Shown: positions 16,596 to 26,945, counted from the first letter of the stretch. The stretch: 64,000 bases of DNA from a virus (IMGVR_UViG_3300032326_000865:5406-69405), one strand, 5' to 3'. A program made the numbers and translations. The notes: generated by a model not told the origin, from the letters alone.

Positions 16596-18953
16596 ATGAG
16601 CCTTTTCAACGATTCAGAGCAAGCTCTTGATGAGCTTAAAACAGTCTCAATTAAATCCGATGGGGATTTCGATGTTCCAGAGGAGAGACTGACAAGCCCA
16701 GCTGCGGCTAGGAATATCTACGAAACACTCGAGGAAGCTGACGGTGATTCCTCAAGAAATCGTTCCTTGGTTCAAGGCTTGATGGATTTTGTTCCACCTC
16801 ATGATGAGGTTGAAATGGAAAACAAGGGTCAGTCAGATCGTTTCAACATTACTACTGGAGAAGGTCCGGCAATCAAGAATGAAGCTGTTGCTGCGTACGT
16901 TGACATCTACACTAATCCCAAGACCCTTGCGGAAATTCCGTTGATGTCTGATGTTGATCCCAACTACTCAGAAACGTGGTCGCTGATCATGGCTGAGGAG
17001 TTCACTACAATGGATCGCTCGGACGATGCTTCGATGCCAAATCACCTTCAACTTGCTGATCTTTACGTGACGCACGGTGTCGGCATTTGCTATTTTGATG
17101 ACAAGGAAACCATGCAGTACTCGGTTGGTGGCCTTGATCACTTCAAGTTCCCTCGAAAAACCGGCATTGTTTCCTCCAAGGTTGAGCTTTGTTGCGCTCT
17201 TGGAACCTATACCGTGCCTCAACTTTACCGGAAGATTGATGCAAATGGCTGGAACAAGGAGGAAATCATGGCCATTCTTAGCCATCACGCTGGTTCTACT
17301 AAGCCTGAATGGGATAATTACGAAGAACTCCAGCGCGACATTAAAGCCAATGAGCTTTACGTTGAGTCTATTTGCGACCCAATTGAAGTGATTCACACTT
17401 GGGTTCAAGAACTCGAGTCCAAGAAAATTTCTTATTACATCAGTTCCCGTCATGGAAGAGAATCCAAGTCCAATCAGAATCAACGTGAAGAAGAGTTCCT
17501 TTTCAGAGAACGTGATTACTACGATTCGGCAGATCAAGCATTCCAGATTTTCCCATTCTCTGTTGGCAATGGTGGCAAGCTTTATACTGTTCGCGGATTG
17601 GGATATTTGATTTTCCAGCTCTGCAACGCAATGGACGTAATGCATTGCAAGCTAATGGATAATGCTAGAGTTGGATCTTCCCTGATTGTCCAACCTGCTA
17701 CCATTGAGGACGCCCAAGATGCCCAGCTTATTGATGCGGGTCCATTCTTGATGCTTCCTCCTACAATGCGCATCCCTGAGCGCCAGACCCAGATTGACCT
17801 CAATCGCGCAATTATTCCGGCGATTAACGAGAGTCGAAACATTCTGAATCGCGCCACTGGCGGCATGGCATCCGGTTCGATGATGCTTCAGGATGATAAA
17901 GATCGTCAAACAAAGCTGGAAATTAGCTCAAAGTTGGATTACATCAATAAACTCAATTCATTTGCGATTTCCTTGTTCTACGGTCCTTATGACAAGATCA
18001 TGAGGGAGAAGGTGAGAAGAGCATTTACCGTCAAGCAGAAGGATAGAGAAGCTGCACAGCGCGTGAAGGAAATGAAGGAGCGGTGCATTGCTAGAGGTGT
18101 TCCTCCTGAGATTTTCAATAAGATTGACGTTAAGAGGGTTAGAGCTAGTCGCATTATTGGCACTGGATCTCGCGCATCGAGAATTATGCTTCTGGATCAA
18201 GTTTCCCAGATGTTTGCGGAAATGGATGCTGTTGGCCGCAAGAATTTCACTTACGATTACCTTGTTGAGCTTCTTGGCGTTGATAAGGCCAATCGCTACC
18301 TTGGAGAGCCTGATACGAAGCGCTTCCCTGTTGATTACAAGTTGGCGAAACTTGAGAACTTCGAAATGCTTGAAGGGGATTACATTGATCCCGTGGACGG
18401 TGAAGATCACCTTGTTCACCTTGGCGTTCACATTGAAGAGCTTGAAGTTGGCCTTAAGGATGTTGATGAAGGCGTTCTTGATCTTTCTGATTGGACCATT
18501 GAGCACCAGCAGTTGTATCGCCATTGCACTGCTCACCTTGAAATGGTCACTGTTCACAAGACGGTCATGCCAGAGCTTAATGCCTATCGCCAGCGCGTTC
18601 AGCAGATTGGCGAGATTGTCGTCAACGGCATGAAGCAGATTAACAAAATGGCTAGAGAGGGAGAGCTTGCAAATCAAGGCAAGCAGGCTGGCGCTTCTGA
18701 TCTTCAGATTAAGGAACAGAAGGCTCAGCAGGAAATGGCTCACAGAGAGCAGTCGCATCAGCAGAAAATGGCGATTGACGCTCAGGAAGCCTCCATGAGA
18801 ATCCGCGCTGATCTTGCTAAGCTTGAGGCTAGTAAGATGGCATCGGAGGCCAAGGTTACGCTTGAAGCTCAGAAAGCCATTGCGAAAATTGCAGCCTCTG
18901 AAGCAGAGTTGCAATCTAGGATTGACACAGCTAGCCGAAACGGAATCAACTAA
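16596..18953 (+). CDS. Portal protein
   Basis: 785 aa, after terL; VTHGVGI and GLGYLI portal-like motifs; long C-terminal coiled coil. Confidence 0.8.
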   Translation: MSLFNDSEQALDELKTVSIKSDGDFDVPEERLTSPAAARNIYETLEEADGDSSRNRSLVQGLMDFVPPHDEVEMENKGQSDRFNITTGEGPAIKNEAVAAYVDIYTNPKTLAEIPLMSDVDPNYSETWSLIMAEEFTTMDRSDDASMPNHLQLADLYVTHGVGICYFDDKETMQYSVGGLDHFKFPRKTGIVSSKVELCCALGTYTVPQLYRKIDANGWNKEEIMAILSHHAGSTKPEWDNYEELQRDIKANELYVESICDPIEVIHTWVQELESKKISYYISSRHGRESKSNQNQREEEFLFRERDYYDSADQAFQIFPFSVGNGGKLYTVRGLGYLIFQLCNAMDVMHCKLMDNARVGSSLIVQPATIEDAQDAQLIDAGPFLMLPPTMRIPERQTQIDLNRAIIPAINESRNILNRATGGMASGSMMLQDDKDRQTKLEISSKLDYINKLNSFAISLFYGPYDKIMREKVRRAFTVKQKDREAAQRVKEMKERCIARGVPPEIFNKIDVKRVRASRIIGTGSRASRIMLLDQVSQMFAEMDAVGRKNFTYDYLVELLGVDKANRYLGEPDTKRFPVDYKLAKLENFEMLEGDYIDPVDGEDHLVHLGVHIEELEVGLKDVDEGVLDLSDWTIEHQQLYRHCTAHLEMVTVHKTVMPELNAYRQRVQQIGEIVVNGMKQINKMAREGELANQGKQAGASDLQIKEQKAQQEMAHREQSHQQKMAIDAQEASMRIRADLAKLEASKMASEAKVTLEAQKAIAKIAASEAELQSRIDTASRNGIN

Positions 18954-18978
18954 CTACATCGTTAGTCGAGACTAATTT

Positions 18979-19233
18979 ATGAGCAACCTGTTCTCTGAGA
19001 AGGAAAAAGAGCGTTTGCGCTCTATGATTAAGAGCCCTCTATTCGTAAAAGCCACGCAAGAGGCCCTAGGGACGATCTGGAGGGCTCAGTCTGGAGCTGA
19101 GGGGCAAGAGGCCTGTGCGCTTGCGTTCGCCTACTACAAGGGCTCCTGCGAGGTTCTATCTGCAATTCACATAATTGCTGACAAACCGATGATCATGCCG
19201 CCCAAGCCATCCAGACTCAATCACAAAGCGTAA
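18979..19233 (+). CDS. Small head-associated protein
   Basis: 84 aa between portal and scaffold. Confidence 0.65.
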   Translation: MSNLFSEKEKERLRSMIKSPLFVKATQEALGTIWRAQSGAEGQEACALAFAYYKGSCEVLSAIHIIADKPMIMPPKPSRLNHKA

Positions 19234-19271
19234 GCAATTAAAACATAGCCAAACCAATTAAAAACTAGATC

Positions 19272-20519
19272 ATGGAAAAGGAAGAAGGACTACCGCCAGC
19301 TGCATGGGGAGACCCAGAAGGCAAGGGAATGATGAATCGAATCAGTGAAATTGAATTCGATAATGATTTTGGTAAAAGCCAAGAAATCAAAATCCCCGTC
19401 ACCAAGGGTGAAAAAGAAGAACCCAAAAAGGCCCCCGAAAACGTAACGCAAAAGCAAGAGGAGAAAACTCCTGAAAAAAAAGAATCCGTCAAGGAAGAGG
19501 ACCCCATTATTGACGAAGACTTCTTTGGAGGCGCTAAAGAAGAAAAGGAACCAGAAAAGAAGGAAGAACAGAAGTCTGACTCCTTTGATGAAAAAGCCTT
19601 TGATGCGGAAACTGAAGAGCAATCCAAAGGCCTTGACGAAAAGGCTGGCAGTAAGTTCAAGGCGCTTAGAGCTGAGCTAAAGGAACTCAAGTCCAAAGCT
19701 GGCGAAACCGTTCTTCCCGAAGAAACCAAGAAGGAACTCGAGACTCTTCGCATTAAGTCTGAGGAAGTTGACGGACTTAAGAAGCGCATTGAGGAACTTG
19801 CTAGCACTTCTGCCAAAACAAAGGTGGAACAGTCTGACGACTATCGCCTTGAGGTCGTCAAGCCTGCTGCTTTGCTGTTTGATCGTGCTGATGAACTTTC
19901 CAAAAACTACGAGCTGGAACCTGAAATCCTTCAGGCTATCATTAAGGAAGGTGATCGGAAGAAGCAAAACCAACTGATTGCTGAACATCTTAAAGATTTC
20001 AGTGATTTCGATCAGAATGAAGCTTATCGCATTATTCAGGATTTTAGAGGGCTTGTTGCAAAAAGAGAACTAATGCTTTCTGAAGCAGAAACTCTTTTGG
20101 AAAAGCAAGAAATCCGAAAGATCGAAGAACAGAACAAGTTTCTTGAAGAGCAGAAAACTTCTGTCCAGAAGATTCAAAAGGAAATCTGGGGTAAGTATAA
20201 GGAAGTCATTCCCGGACTTATTGAGGACGGAACTGAAACTGACGTCCTGAGAGAACTTCGCTCTAAGAGCATGTCGATTGATTTCTCGACTGCTCGAGCT
20301 AAAGATCAGGCTTTTGCAGCTTTTGCTGGAACTGTACTTCCTCATATCGTCAAGCAACTTAATGCTGCCAAGCGTGAACTAGCTGAACGCGACAAGAGCG
20401 AAAAGAAAGAAGTGTCTTCCCGTCCTAAGCTTGGTGAATCACTAAGTGCTTCCGGTTCCGGCGATGAGATTAGAGGTTCCAGCTTTATGGAAAGACTTCA
20501 AAACGCTGATCTATTTTAA
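19272..20519 (+). CDS. Capsid scaffolding protein
   Basis: E/K-rich disordered N-terminus, coiled coils, directly before MCP. Confidence 0.75.
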   Translation: MEKEEGLPPAAWGDPEGKGMMNRISEIEFDNDFGKSQEIKIPVTKGEKEEPKKAPENVTQKQEEKTPEKKESVKEEDPIIDEDFFGGAKEEKEPEKKEEQKSDSFDEKAFDAETEEQSKGLDEKAGSKFKALRAELKELKSKAGETVLPEETKKELETLRIKSEEVDGLKKRIEELASTSAKTKVEQSDDYRLEVVKPAALLFDRADELSKNYELEPEILQAIIKEGDRKKQNQLIAEHLKDFSDFDQNEAYRIIQDFRGLVAKRELMLSEAETLLEKQEIRKIEEQNKFLEEQKTSVQKIQKEIWGKYKEVIPGLIEDGTETDVLRELRSKSMSIDFSTARAKDQAFAAFAGTVLPHIVKQLNAAKRELAERDKSEKKEVSSRPKLGESLSASGSGDEIRGSSFMERLQNADLF

Positions 20520-20567
20520 GTTAATTTCTGGATAATAAATCTTATCCGAAAAAAAGTAGTTGTAATT

Positions 20568-20643
20568 CGAGCGGACAGTGTTAGAAGGAACTTGAACTTG
20601 CTGGTTAGGCAGGTTCGAAAACTCCTCCTGACCTGTCCGCTCG
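20568..20643 (+). promoter_or_regulatory. Long stem-loop in the major capsid leader
   Basis: cgagcggacag/ctgtccgctcg outer stem, ttgaacttgc/gcaggttcga inner stem. Confidence 0.55.
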
Positions 20644-20777
20644 GTGCGTAATCCGTTCTAGCCAATCCGTCCGAAGCCTTAAAGTAAGGCTCCGTTTTGT
20701 CTTCAGGCAGCTAAAATAGCTCCGAACATAGATTATCCATTTACCAAATTTACACCGCGTTTTAACGCACCCCGATT

Positions 20778-22295
20778 ATGGCAGCTTATACAGTTCAAGA
20801 TTTCCTTACGGAACAAGCCCCGGTCATCAATGATGACATTAACCAGAAGCTCATGGAGCAACCCACCCCATGGATCACCCTCTATCGTCAGGCCTTCTGG
20901 GATGACGAGAAGAGCTCGACCCAAAAGACCATGCAGTTTGACCGCGCAATGATTGCCGGTGACGCTGACGAAGTTGAGTGGGCCGATGTCGCGCAAGATG
21001 TGCAGCTTAACGACAATACCGCTAACCACCAAGGCCCCGGCACTGGCGATGGCATTCCTCCCTCGGATAACATTCAGTTTGGTCAGACCCTTCGTGAGTA
21101 CAATCTTCAGCACAAGGCTATCTGGGGTCCGCCGATGAACACCAACCAGCTTCGCGACAAATTCAGCCGCGTCAAGCAGATGGGTGCTTGTGTTAAGGCT
21201 CTCGCCGATCAGGCCCGCGAAAACTGGATTGATCGCAAGCGTCGGGAATACACCCGTATTGCCTCGCAACTTGTTGTTCTTAACTCGGATTTCAACCTCT
21301 CGACTGATGGTTACAATTCGATGGCATTCCCCGTTGCTGTTAATGCTTCTCATACTGACGCTTCGATTCTAACCAATGGTTTTACTGATTCCATTTACGA
21401 ATACCTGAACCTCAATGGTGCTGGTAGAGGCGCAATGGGTATGGTTGAAAACCGTCCGGTTTATGGTCTGGTTACTTCCAGCCGTCAGAGCCGTCGTCTC
21501 ATTATGGCCGACCCTGAAATTCGTGAGGATTTCCGTTACTCGAGCCAGAATGAAAAGCTTCTTGCCCCGATGGGTGTAAAGTGGAGCTACAATGGCTTCA
21601 CCCACATCATTGATAATAAGACGCTTCGTTGGGAATACATGAACGAAGCCACGAAATATATCACCGTTACCGTTGCTTCTGGTAATCTTGATGGCGTTCT
21701 TTCTACCAACGCTTCCATTGCAAATGAGCTTAACGCCGTACCAAATAAGCCTGCCCGCTTCTACAAGGGTTCGCAAATTGTTTCTGCTGCTGGTGTTTCT
21801 TACATTGTAACTGGTTTGGCTAGTGCTGCCGGTGGTCCCGGAAGCAGCCCGACCTATTACGTTAGACTCAGCAATGGTGCTCCAGTTACCGTTGCAGCTA
21901 CCGCAACCACGGGCGGATTCAAGGCTTGGATTTCCATTCCGCAATACATTGTGGTTGGCTCTGGCCTTAGCCGGAAGAAGGTCCCGAATCCCGCTTGGCT
22001 TAACGCTACTTGGGAAGACTCCTACGTCTTCCACCAAGACGTCTGCACCTCGCTTGTTCCCAAGCCGATTACCTCGGTTGGTCCTGCTCAGTTCGATGCG
22101 GTCAACTACTCGGGTACTTTCAGCTGGAAGAACTACGAGGACCGCGACGATAACCCGGATGGCACCATTGGTCAGTTCCGTGGCGTCCTTTCGAACGGCA
22201 CCCGTCCTGACAATCCCGAATTCGGTGTTGTCATTCGTCACTTGGCTGTTCCCGCTCCTGCGGGCCGAGTGATGAACGAAAGTTCCCTTGGTTAA
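20778..22295 (+). CDS. Major capsid protein
   Basis: Follows scaffold; highly biased codon use; strong terminator after it. Confidence 0.8.
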   Translation: MAAYTVQDFLTEQAPVINDDINQKLMEQPTPWITLYRQAFWDDEKSSTQKTMQFDRAMIAGDADEVEWADVAQDVQLNDNTANHQGPGTGDGIPPSDNIQFGQTLREYNLQHKAIWGPPMNTNQLRDKFSRVKQMGACVKALADQARENWIDRKRREYTRIASQLVVLNSDFNLSTDGYNSMAFPVAVNASHTDASILTNGFTDSIYEYLNLNGAGRGAMGMVENRPVYGLVTSSRQSRRLIMADPEIREDFRYSSQNEKLLAPMGVKWSYNGFTHIIDNKTLRWEYMNEATKYITVTVASGNLDGVLSTNASIANELNAVPNKPARFYKGSQIVSAAGVSYIVTGLASAAGGPGSSPTYYVRLSNGAPVTVAATATTGGFKAWISIPQYIVVGSGLSRKKVPNPAWLNATWEDSYVFHQDVCTSLVPKPITSVGPAQFDAVNYSGTFSWKNYEDRDDNPDGTIGQFRGVLSNGTRPDNPEFGVVIRHLAVPAPAGRVMNESSLG

Positions 22296-22304
22296 TTTTA
22301 ACCC

Positions 22305-22343
22305 ACTCCCGGCTCAATAACCCATGTTGGGCCGGGAGTTTTT
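22305..22343 (+). terminator. Intrinsic terminator after MCP
   Basis: actcccggctcaa/ttgggccgggagt followed by T tract. Confidence 0.85.
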
Positions 22344-22376
22344 CTTTAATGGGTACATAGTTAAATTACTCAAATC

Positions 22377-22814
22377 ATGAAATCTATTCTTTCCCTTATT
22401 CTTCCTGACAATCGCGGCACCAACATTTCCCGTCGTTACCTTAAAAATGGCCGTAAGGCTATTGGGTTCCAAGATAGACAGCTTGTGGTCGCAAGTCCTA
22501 GTGGTGTTGAAAATGGTATTCAATCCATTACTGCTGATGATCTTCAGGAATTCACTGGAGTTACAGCAACCATCACTAGAAGAGTAAATCGCTTTTCTAC
22601 CCAAACGGCTACCACTGCTGTTACGGCCACTCTACCAGCCGTCAACGGTGAGCTACGAGAAGTGATTATCATCAATGCAAATACCTCTACCACCACTTTG
22701 GCTGTTACAGGTGGAACCATTCTTGGTGCTTCTACGACTGTTCCCGATAGAATTACGTCTGGTTTTACTGCTCATTTTTTGAGCAATGGAACTAGTTGGT
22801 ATCGTATTATTTAA
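22377..22814 (+). CDS. Putative capsid decoration or fibre protein
   Basis: Thr-rich; TLPA...IINA...SNGTSWY C-terminal pattern. Confidence 0.65.
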   Translation: MKSILSLILPDNRGTNISRRYLKNGRKAIGFQDRQLVVASPSGVENGIQSITADDLQEFTGVTATITRRVNRFSTQTATTAVTATLPAVNGELREVIIINANTSTTTLAVTGGTILGASTTVPDRITSGFTAHFLSNGTSWYRII

Positions 22815-22820
22815 TTAGCC

Positions 22821-22857
22821 AAAGCTAAAGCCTTAGAAGTCCTGGGGCTTTAGCTTT
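22821..22857 (+). terminator. Intrinsic terminator
   Basis: aaagctaaagcc/ggctttagcttt. Confidence 0.7.
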
Positions 22858-22872
22858 CTCATAACGACAATC

Positions 22873-23076
22873 ATGACTGATGATTTCATCGAGGACGCAA
22901 TGGACGTTCTTGACCAGTCGGATGATTTGTATCTAATTCTTGTAAGCAGAGGTAGCGTAACAAAAGCGTTTAGCAACTTCGGCAAAGAAGAAATACCCAT
23001 TCTGAAAGATTGGATTATCCACCGTCACGTGGATCAAATCATTCGAGATCAAATCAAGATCATCCAAAAAGAGTAG
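22873..23076 (+). CDS. Hypothetical protein
   Basis: 67-aa ORF. Confidence 0.6.
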   Translation: MTDDFIEDAMDVLDQSDDLYLILVSRGSVTKAFSNFGKEEIPILKDWIIHRHVDQIIRDQIKIIQKE

Positions 23077-23093
23077 CGGATCACATTGAATCA

Positions 23094-23270
23094 ATGAAGT
23101 CCAAAAGCAAAGTTAATCAATCAGGCAATTACACCAAGCCTACAATGCGTAAGCAGCTTTTCAACAAGATCAAAGCTGGCAGCAAAGGCGGTGATCCCGG
23201 TGAGTGGAGCGCAAGAAAAGCTCAGCTCTTGGCTCGACAGTATAAGTCCAAAGGCGGTGGTTACAAGTAA
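23094..23270 (+). CDS. DUF5872-like basic protein, N-terminal half
   Basis: YTKPTMR...KGGDPGEWSARKAQLL...GGGYK. Confidence 0.75.
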   Translation: MKSKSKVNQSGNYTKPTMRKQLFNKIKAGSKGGDPGEWSARKAQLLARQYKSKGGGYK

Positions 23271-23330
23271 CGCTACCCAAAACATTTCCTGCAATTAACT
23301 CCAAATTAAAACACTAAGTAAAATAAGCAT

Positions 23331-23495
23331 ATGAAATCGAAAATGAAAAAGCCAGTTGCCGCCGCTAAGTCCAAGAAGGTTGCACCTAAGACCATGGCTA
23401 AGGCTACTGTCGCCAAGAAGATGGCAAAGAAAGCTGCCGGTAAGATGGGCAAGGGCATGAAGGGTGGAATGGGCGGTGGTCCCTTCTCGATGTAA
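23331..23495 (+). CDS. 54-aa Lys/Ala/Met-rich basic protein (histone H1 tail-like)
   Basis: Hand-translated MKSKMKKPVAAAKSKKVAPK...; TAATG overlap with the next gene. Confidence 0.7.
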   Translation: MKSKMKKPVAAAKSKKVAPKTMAKATVAKKMAKKAAGKMGKGMKGGMGGGPFSM

Positions 23496-23728
23496 TGAAA
23501 GCGCCTCAACAATCCCTAAAGGATTGGACTGCCCAGAAATGGCGAACCTCAGACGGTAAGCCAAGCAAGGGCAAGAAGCGCTATTTGCCTGATGCCGCTT
23601 GGAAAGCACTGACTCCTTCACAGAAGTCAGCTACCAATGCGGCAAAAGCAAAAGGAAACAAGCAGGGCAAGCAATTCGTAAAGCAACCCAAGAAAGTTGC
23701 TCAAATCGCATCCAAATACAGAAAGTAA
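23495..23728 (+). CDS. DUF5872-like basic protein, C-terminal half
   Basis: QSLKDWTAQKWRT...RYLPDAAWKAL...GKQFV. Confidence 0.75.
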   Translation: MKAPQQSLKDWTAQKWRTSDGKPSKGKKRYLPDAAWKALTPSQKSATNAAKAKGNKQGKQFVKQPKKVAQIASKYRK

Positions 23729-23746
23729 TTTCTAAGGATTAAAATT

Positions 23747-24031
23747 ATGGATAGGAAACCGATCATGAAGAAGCTTGGCTTGTCTGGATACAACAAGCCA
23801 AAAAGAACTCCTAGTCACCCTAGAAAGAGCCACGTTGTAATGGCTAAGGAAGGTGACAGGAGTAAGTTGATTCGTTTTGGCGAACAGGGTGCCAGCACTG
23901 CTGGTAAGCCGAAATCTGGAGAATCCAATCGGATGAAGCAAAAGCGAGCTTCCTTTAAAGCTCGCCATGGTGCTAATATCGCCAAAGGTAAAATGAGCGC
24001 TGCTTATTGGGCCGATAAAGTGAAATGGTAA
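23747..24031 (+). CDS. Small basic conserved phage protein
   Basis: KLIRFGxQG...RASFKARH...SAAYWA motif. Confidence 0.75.
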   Translation: MDRKPIMKKLGLSGYNKPKRTPSHPRKSHVVMAKEGDRSKLIRFGEQGASTAGKPKSGESNRMKQKRASFKARHGANIAKGKMSAAYWADKVKW

Positions 24032-24035
24032 GATT

Positions 24036-24374
24036 ATGACTCCAGCAAACAAGAACTTCGACATCTACAAAGGTGCTAAGTGGTCACACACTTTTACCCT
24101 TAAGGTTTCCGGCACTAATACTCCTGTCAACCTGACGGGTCTTGGTCCATTTGTATTTACCGTAAAGAAGCCAAGGAAAGACGAAACTTTGTTTGATGCT
24201 ACTATCGTTAGTAGTTACAATAGTACTGGAGTAATGGAGATTACAATCTCGAGTGCAAATAGCGATGCTCTTATTGCTGGAACTCAATACCCTTACGGCC
24301 TAAGGGACAAGTTTGATAACCCGTACATGGTTGGGCTTCTTGACGCTAAGTATTTTGCACCTGAACGCGCTTAA
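24036..24374 (+). CDS. Ig-like (BppU-like) fibre-associated protein
   Basis: FDIYKGAKW...PVNLTG pattern before the fibre gene. Confidence 0.65.
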   Translation: MTPANKNFDIYKGAKWSHTFTLKVSGTNTPVNLTGLGPFVFTVKKPRKDETLFDATIVSSYNSTGVMEITISSANSDALIAGTQYPYGLRDKFDNPYMVGLLDAKYFAPERA

Positions 24375-24376
24375 TT

Positions 24377-26929
24377 ATGGCTGAGATTGACGTTTACATT
24401 AATTCCGCTCCAATTGACGTTAATGTCGATTCGGCCCCAATTGACATTGAAGTAGGCGCAGCTCAAGGACCAGCAGGGCCAACAGGGCCAACAGGGCCAG
24501 CCGGTCCCAATAGCGTCACAAGCGCTACAACCAGCGATGGAACCGCCAACCTTAGCTTGGCTTCACTTTCGGTTGCTGGATCTGCAAGCGTTGACAACAT
24601 TACCTTCGATCAAACTCCAGAAATTGCTGGAGGTGTCGGGGTGATGCGTTGGAATAACACTGACGGCACGGTTGATCTTGGGCTTAAAGGTGGAAATGTA
24701 ACGCTACAACTTGGACAGGAATTCTTGGCAAGAGTCGTAAACAAGACGGGTTCTAATCTACTCGAAAGCCAATACAAAGTTGTCCGCATTAGAATTGCTA
24801 GTGAGGGTGGTGCTCAGGGTCAAAGGCTGGCTGTTGTTCTCGCTCAAGGCGATAATGATCCAGACAGCACAACCACTCTTGGTGTTGTAACTGAAAATAT
24901 TGATAACAACCAAGAAGGGTTCATCACTATAATGGGTCAAGTGAGGAACATCAATACAACCGGTTCTCTGCAAGGTGAGACTTGGGTTGATGGCGATGTT
25001 CTTTATTTGTCTCCAACTATTGCTGGTGGACTAACCAAAGTAAAACCACAAGCCCCGCAACATAGTGTCACAGTTGCTTACGTTGAATACGCTCACCAAA
25101 ACAACGGAAAACTATTCGTTAAGGTTGATAACGGCTACGAACTGAACGAGCTCCACGACGTTGCAATCAATGGCGTACCCACAGGGCAATTCCTTAAGCG
25201 CAACTCAGAGAACACCCTCTGGGTCAACTCCAGCATTGTCAGCGCGGACATCACGGATGCGACGAGCGCTCCAGCTCCAAATTTAATTGCAAAAAGGAAC
25301 GCGAATGGGGGTGCTTCGTTTAGTGGCGGGTTGTCGGGTTATGCAGTTCAGGCAGACAGCACCACAAACACAGCCGTGCTTGCTCAGTCGCTAACTGGAA
25401 CTGGTCTGTTGGGCAGCTCTGCTGATGGCATTGGGGTCGTAGCGCAAAGTGATACAAACACAGCTGGAACATTCACATCGTCGAGCGGAACCAACCATGC
25501 TGCTTTTGGGAATACTGGAGACAACCGATCCTTCGTGGCCCGGCTCAAAGGGGCTTTCGGTTGGTTCCGTGGCGTCTGGACTGGTCGACTCCAAGCCGCT
25601 GACACCCTCACGGCAAATCACACGTGGACTCTTCCCGACACCACCGGAACTGTCGCGCTGACTAACGATCCGCGCTTTACCAACGCACGCACGCCGCTAC
25701 CACATACACATGTCAGCTCGCAAATTACCGATGCAACGGTTGATGGAGTCGCAAATCCCGGAAAAGTGCTCAGGTCATCAACTGGATTGTTTGATGGTCC
25801 AGTAAAGCTACCTGATCTTCTTATCTCCAAATTTGGTCATGACGTATTACATGACGCTCTTTTTACATCTATTACTACTGGTGGAACTACTTATACTTGG
25901 ACTCACCCGTTAGCAACAGGCACGTTGATGCTTGGTAGCCAAAATTTAAATGAGATTACGAACCCAGCTCTCGCTAGGGACGCGCTTGGTTCTGGAACAG
26001 TTGGTGATCAGTTGTTTACGGCGGAAACACAAGCAAACGCCCAAACTGCACTTGGCTTGCTTCCGATGTCGATTTCCCGGTTTACAACCGGTTCAGGAAC
26101 CATAACCATCCCCCCGGAAGCTAAATTTGTTAGCTTTATTATTATTGGTGGTGGTGGTGGTGGTGGTTCTGGAGCTGTATCTCCCGCAGGGCAGGCTGCA
26201 TCTGGAGGGACGGGTGGTCGTGGTGGTATTTACATAGGCACACTTCCATTTCTAGTTAGTGATCTTGATGGCTCAGCGATTACTTATTCAGTTGGAGCTG
26301 GTGGGGTCGGAGGTCCCGCTACAGTAGCTAATGGCACGGGAGGCAGTGTTGGCGGATCTGGCGGGGGAACCACTGTAACCATAAATGGATCAGGAATTAC
26401 TGCTGCTGGGGGCATCGGAGGACTAGCTGGCGTTGTGAACGCAAGCACTTCTACAGTTGCATCAGCACCGAATGCCAATGGCACAATAGGGACCGGAACC
26501 TCTGCGCCGTCAATCGGCGCTACGGCCTCTGCTTCTGGCGGGGCATCAGCGGGCAGCGCCAGTCCGGGAACCTACTACCCCACATCAGGCGGCCCCGGTG
26601 GGTCTATATCTACGACTAGTGTTGTAAATAGCGGCGGGCCAGGCACAACAATGGGGACAGTAGGTTTGAACCATACGTTGCTCGGGGGGGCTTCCGGTAT
26701 TTCTGGATCTGAAGTCGGTAAAGTAGGCCTTACGTCATTATTCACACGCGCTGGGACTGGTGGTGGCGGCGGTATGGCCACCGCTGTTACTTTTGCTGGC
26801 AATTCCGGTGGTGCTGGTGGTCTTTTTGGTGGTGCTGGTGGTGGTGGTTCTGGTGCTCGAAACGGCCAACCTTCTGGCGCTGGCGGAAACGGTGCTGGCG
26901 GCTTGGTTCAGGTGACTTTCTACTACTAA
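24377..26929 (+). CDS. Tail fibre with a short collagen stretch and Gly-rich C-terminal domain
   Basis: GPAGPTGPTGPAGP; IIGGGGGGGSG...GGNGAGGLVQV glycine-rich domain. Confidence 0.8.
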   Translation: MAEIDVYINSAPIDVNVDSAPIDIEVGAAQGPAGPTGPTGPAGPNSVTSATTSDGTANLSLASLSVAGSASVDNITFDQTPEIAGGVGVMRWNNTDGTVDLGLKGGNVTLQLGQEFLARVVNKTGSNLLESQYKVVRIRIASEGGAQGQRLAVVLAQGDNDPDSTTTLGVVTENIDNNQEGFITIMGQVRNINTTGSLQGETWVDGDVLYLSPTIAGGLTKVKPQAPQHSVTVAYVEYAHQNNGKLFVKVDNGYELNELHDVAINGVPTGQFLKRNSENTLWVNSSIVSADITDATSAPAPNLIAKRNANGGASFSGGLSGYAVQADSTTNTAVLAQSLTGTGLLGSSADGIGVVAQSDTNTAGTFTSSSGTNHAAFGNTGDNRSFVARLKGAFGWFRGVWTGRLQAADTLTANHTWTLPDTTGTVALTNDPRFTNARTPLPHTHVSSQITDATVDGVANPGKVLRSSTGLFDGPVKLPDLLISKFGHDVLHDALFTSITTGGTTYTWTHPLATGTLMLGSQNLNEITNPALARDALGSGTVGDQLFTAETQANAQTALGLLPMSISRFTTGSGTITIPPEAKFVSFIIIGGGGGGGSGAVSPAGQAASGGTGGRGGIYIGTLPFLVSDLDGSAITYSVGAGGVGGPATVANGTGGSVGGSGGGTTVTINGSGITAAGGIGGLAGVVNASTSTVASAPNANGTIGTGTSAPSIGATASASGGASAGSASPGTYYPTSGGPGGSISTTSVVNSGGPGTTMGTVGLNHTLLGGASGISGSEVGKVGLTSLFTRAGTGGGGGMATAVTFAGNSGGAGGLFGGAGGGGSGARNGQPSGAGGNGAGGLVQVTFYY

Positions 26930-26945
26930 CCCAACTTTCAAAATT

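Noticed and set aside
17958-22241. Long antisense ORFs over portal, scaffold and capsid genes (likewise 59363-60253 and many inside the giant gene)
   Set aside because: Shadow frames from codon bias, fully overlapping well-supported genes
26140-26900. GGT-rich repeats as a DNA-level element
   Set aside because: Explained by poly-Gly coding in the fibre's glycine-rich domain
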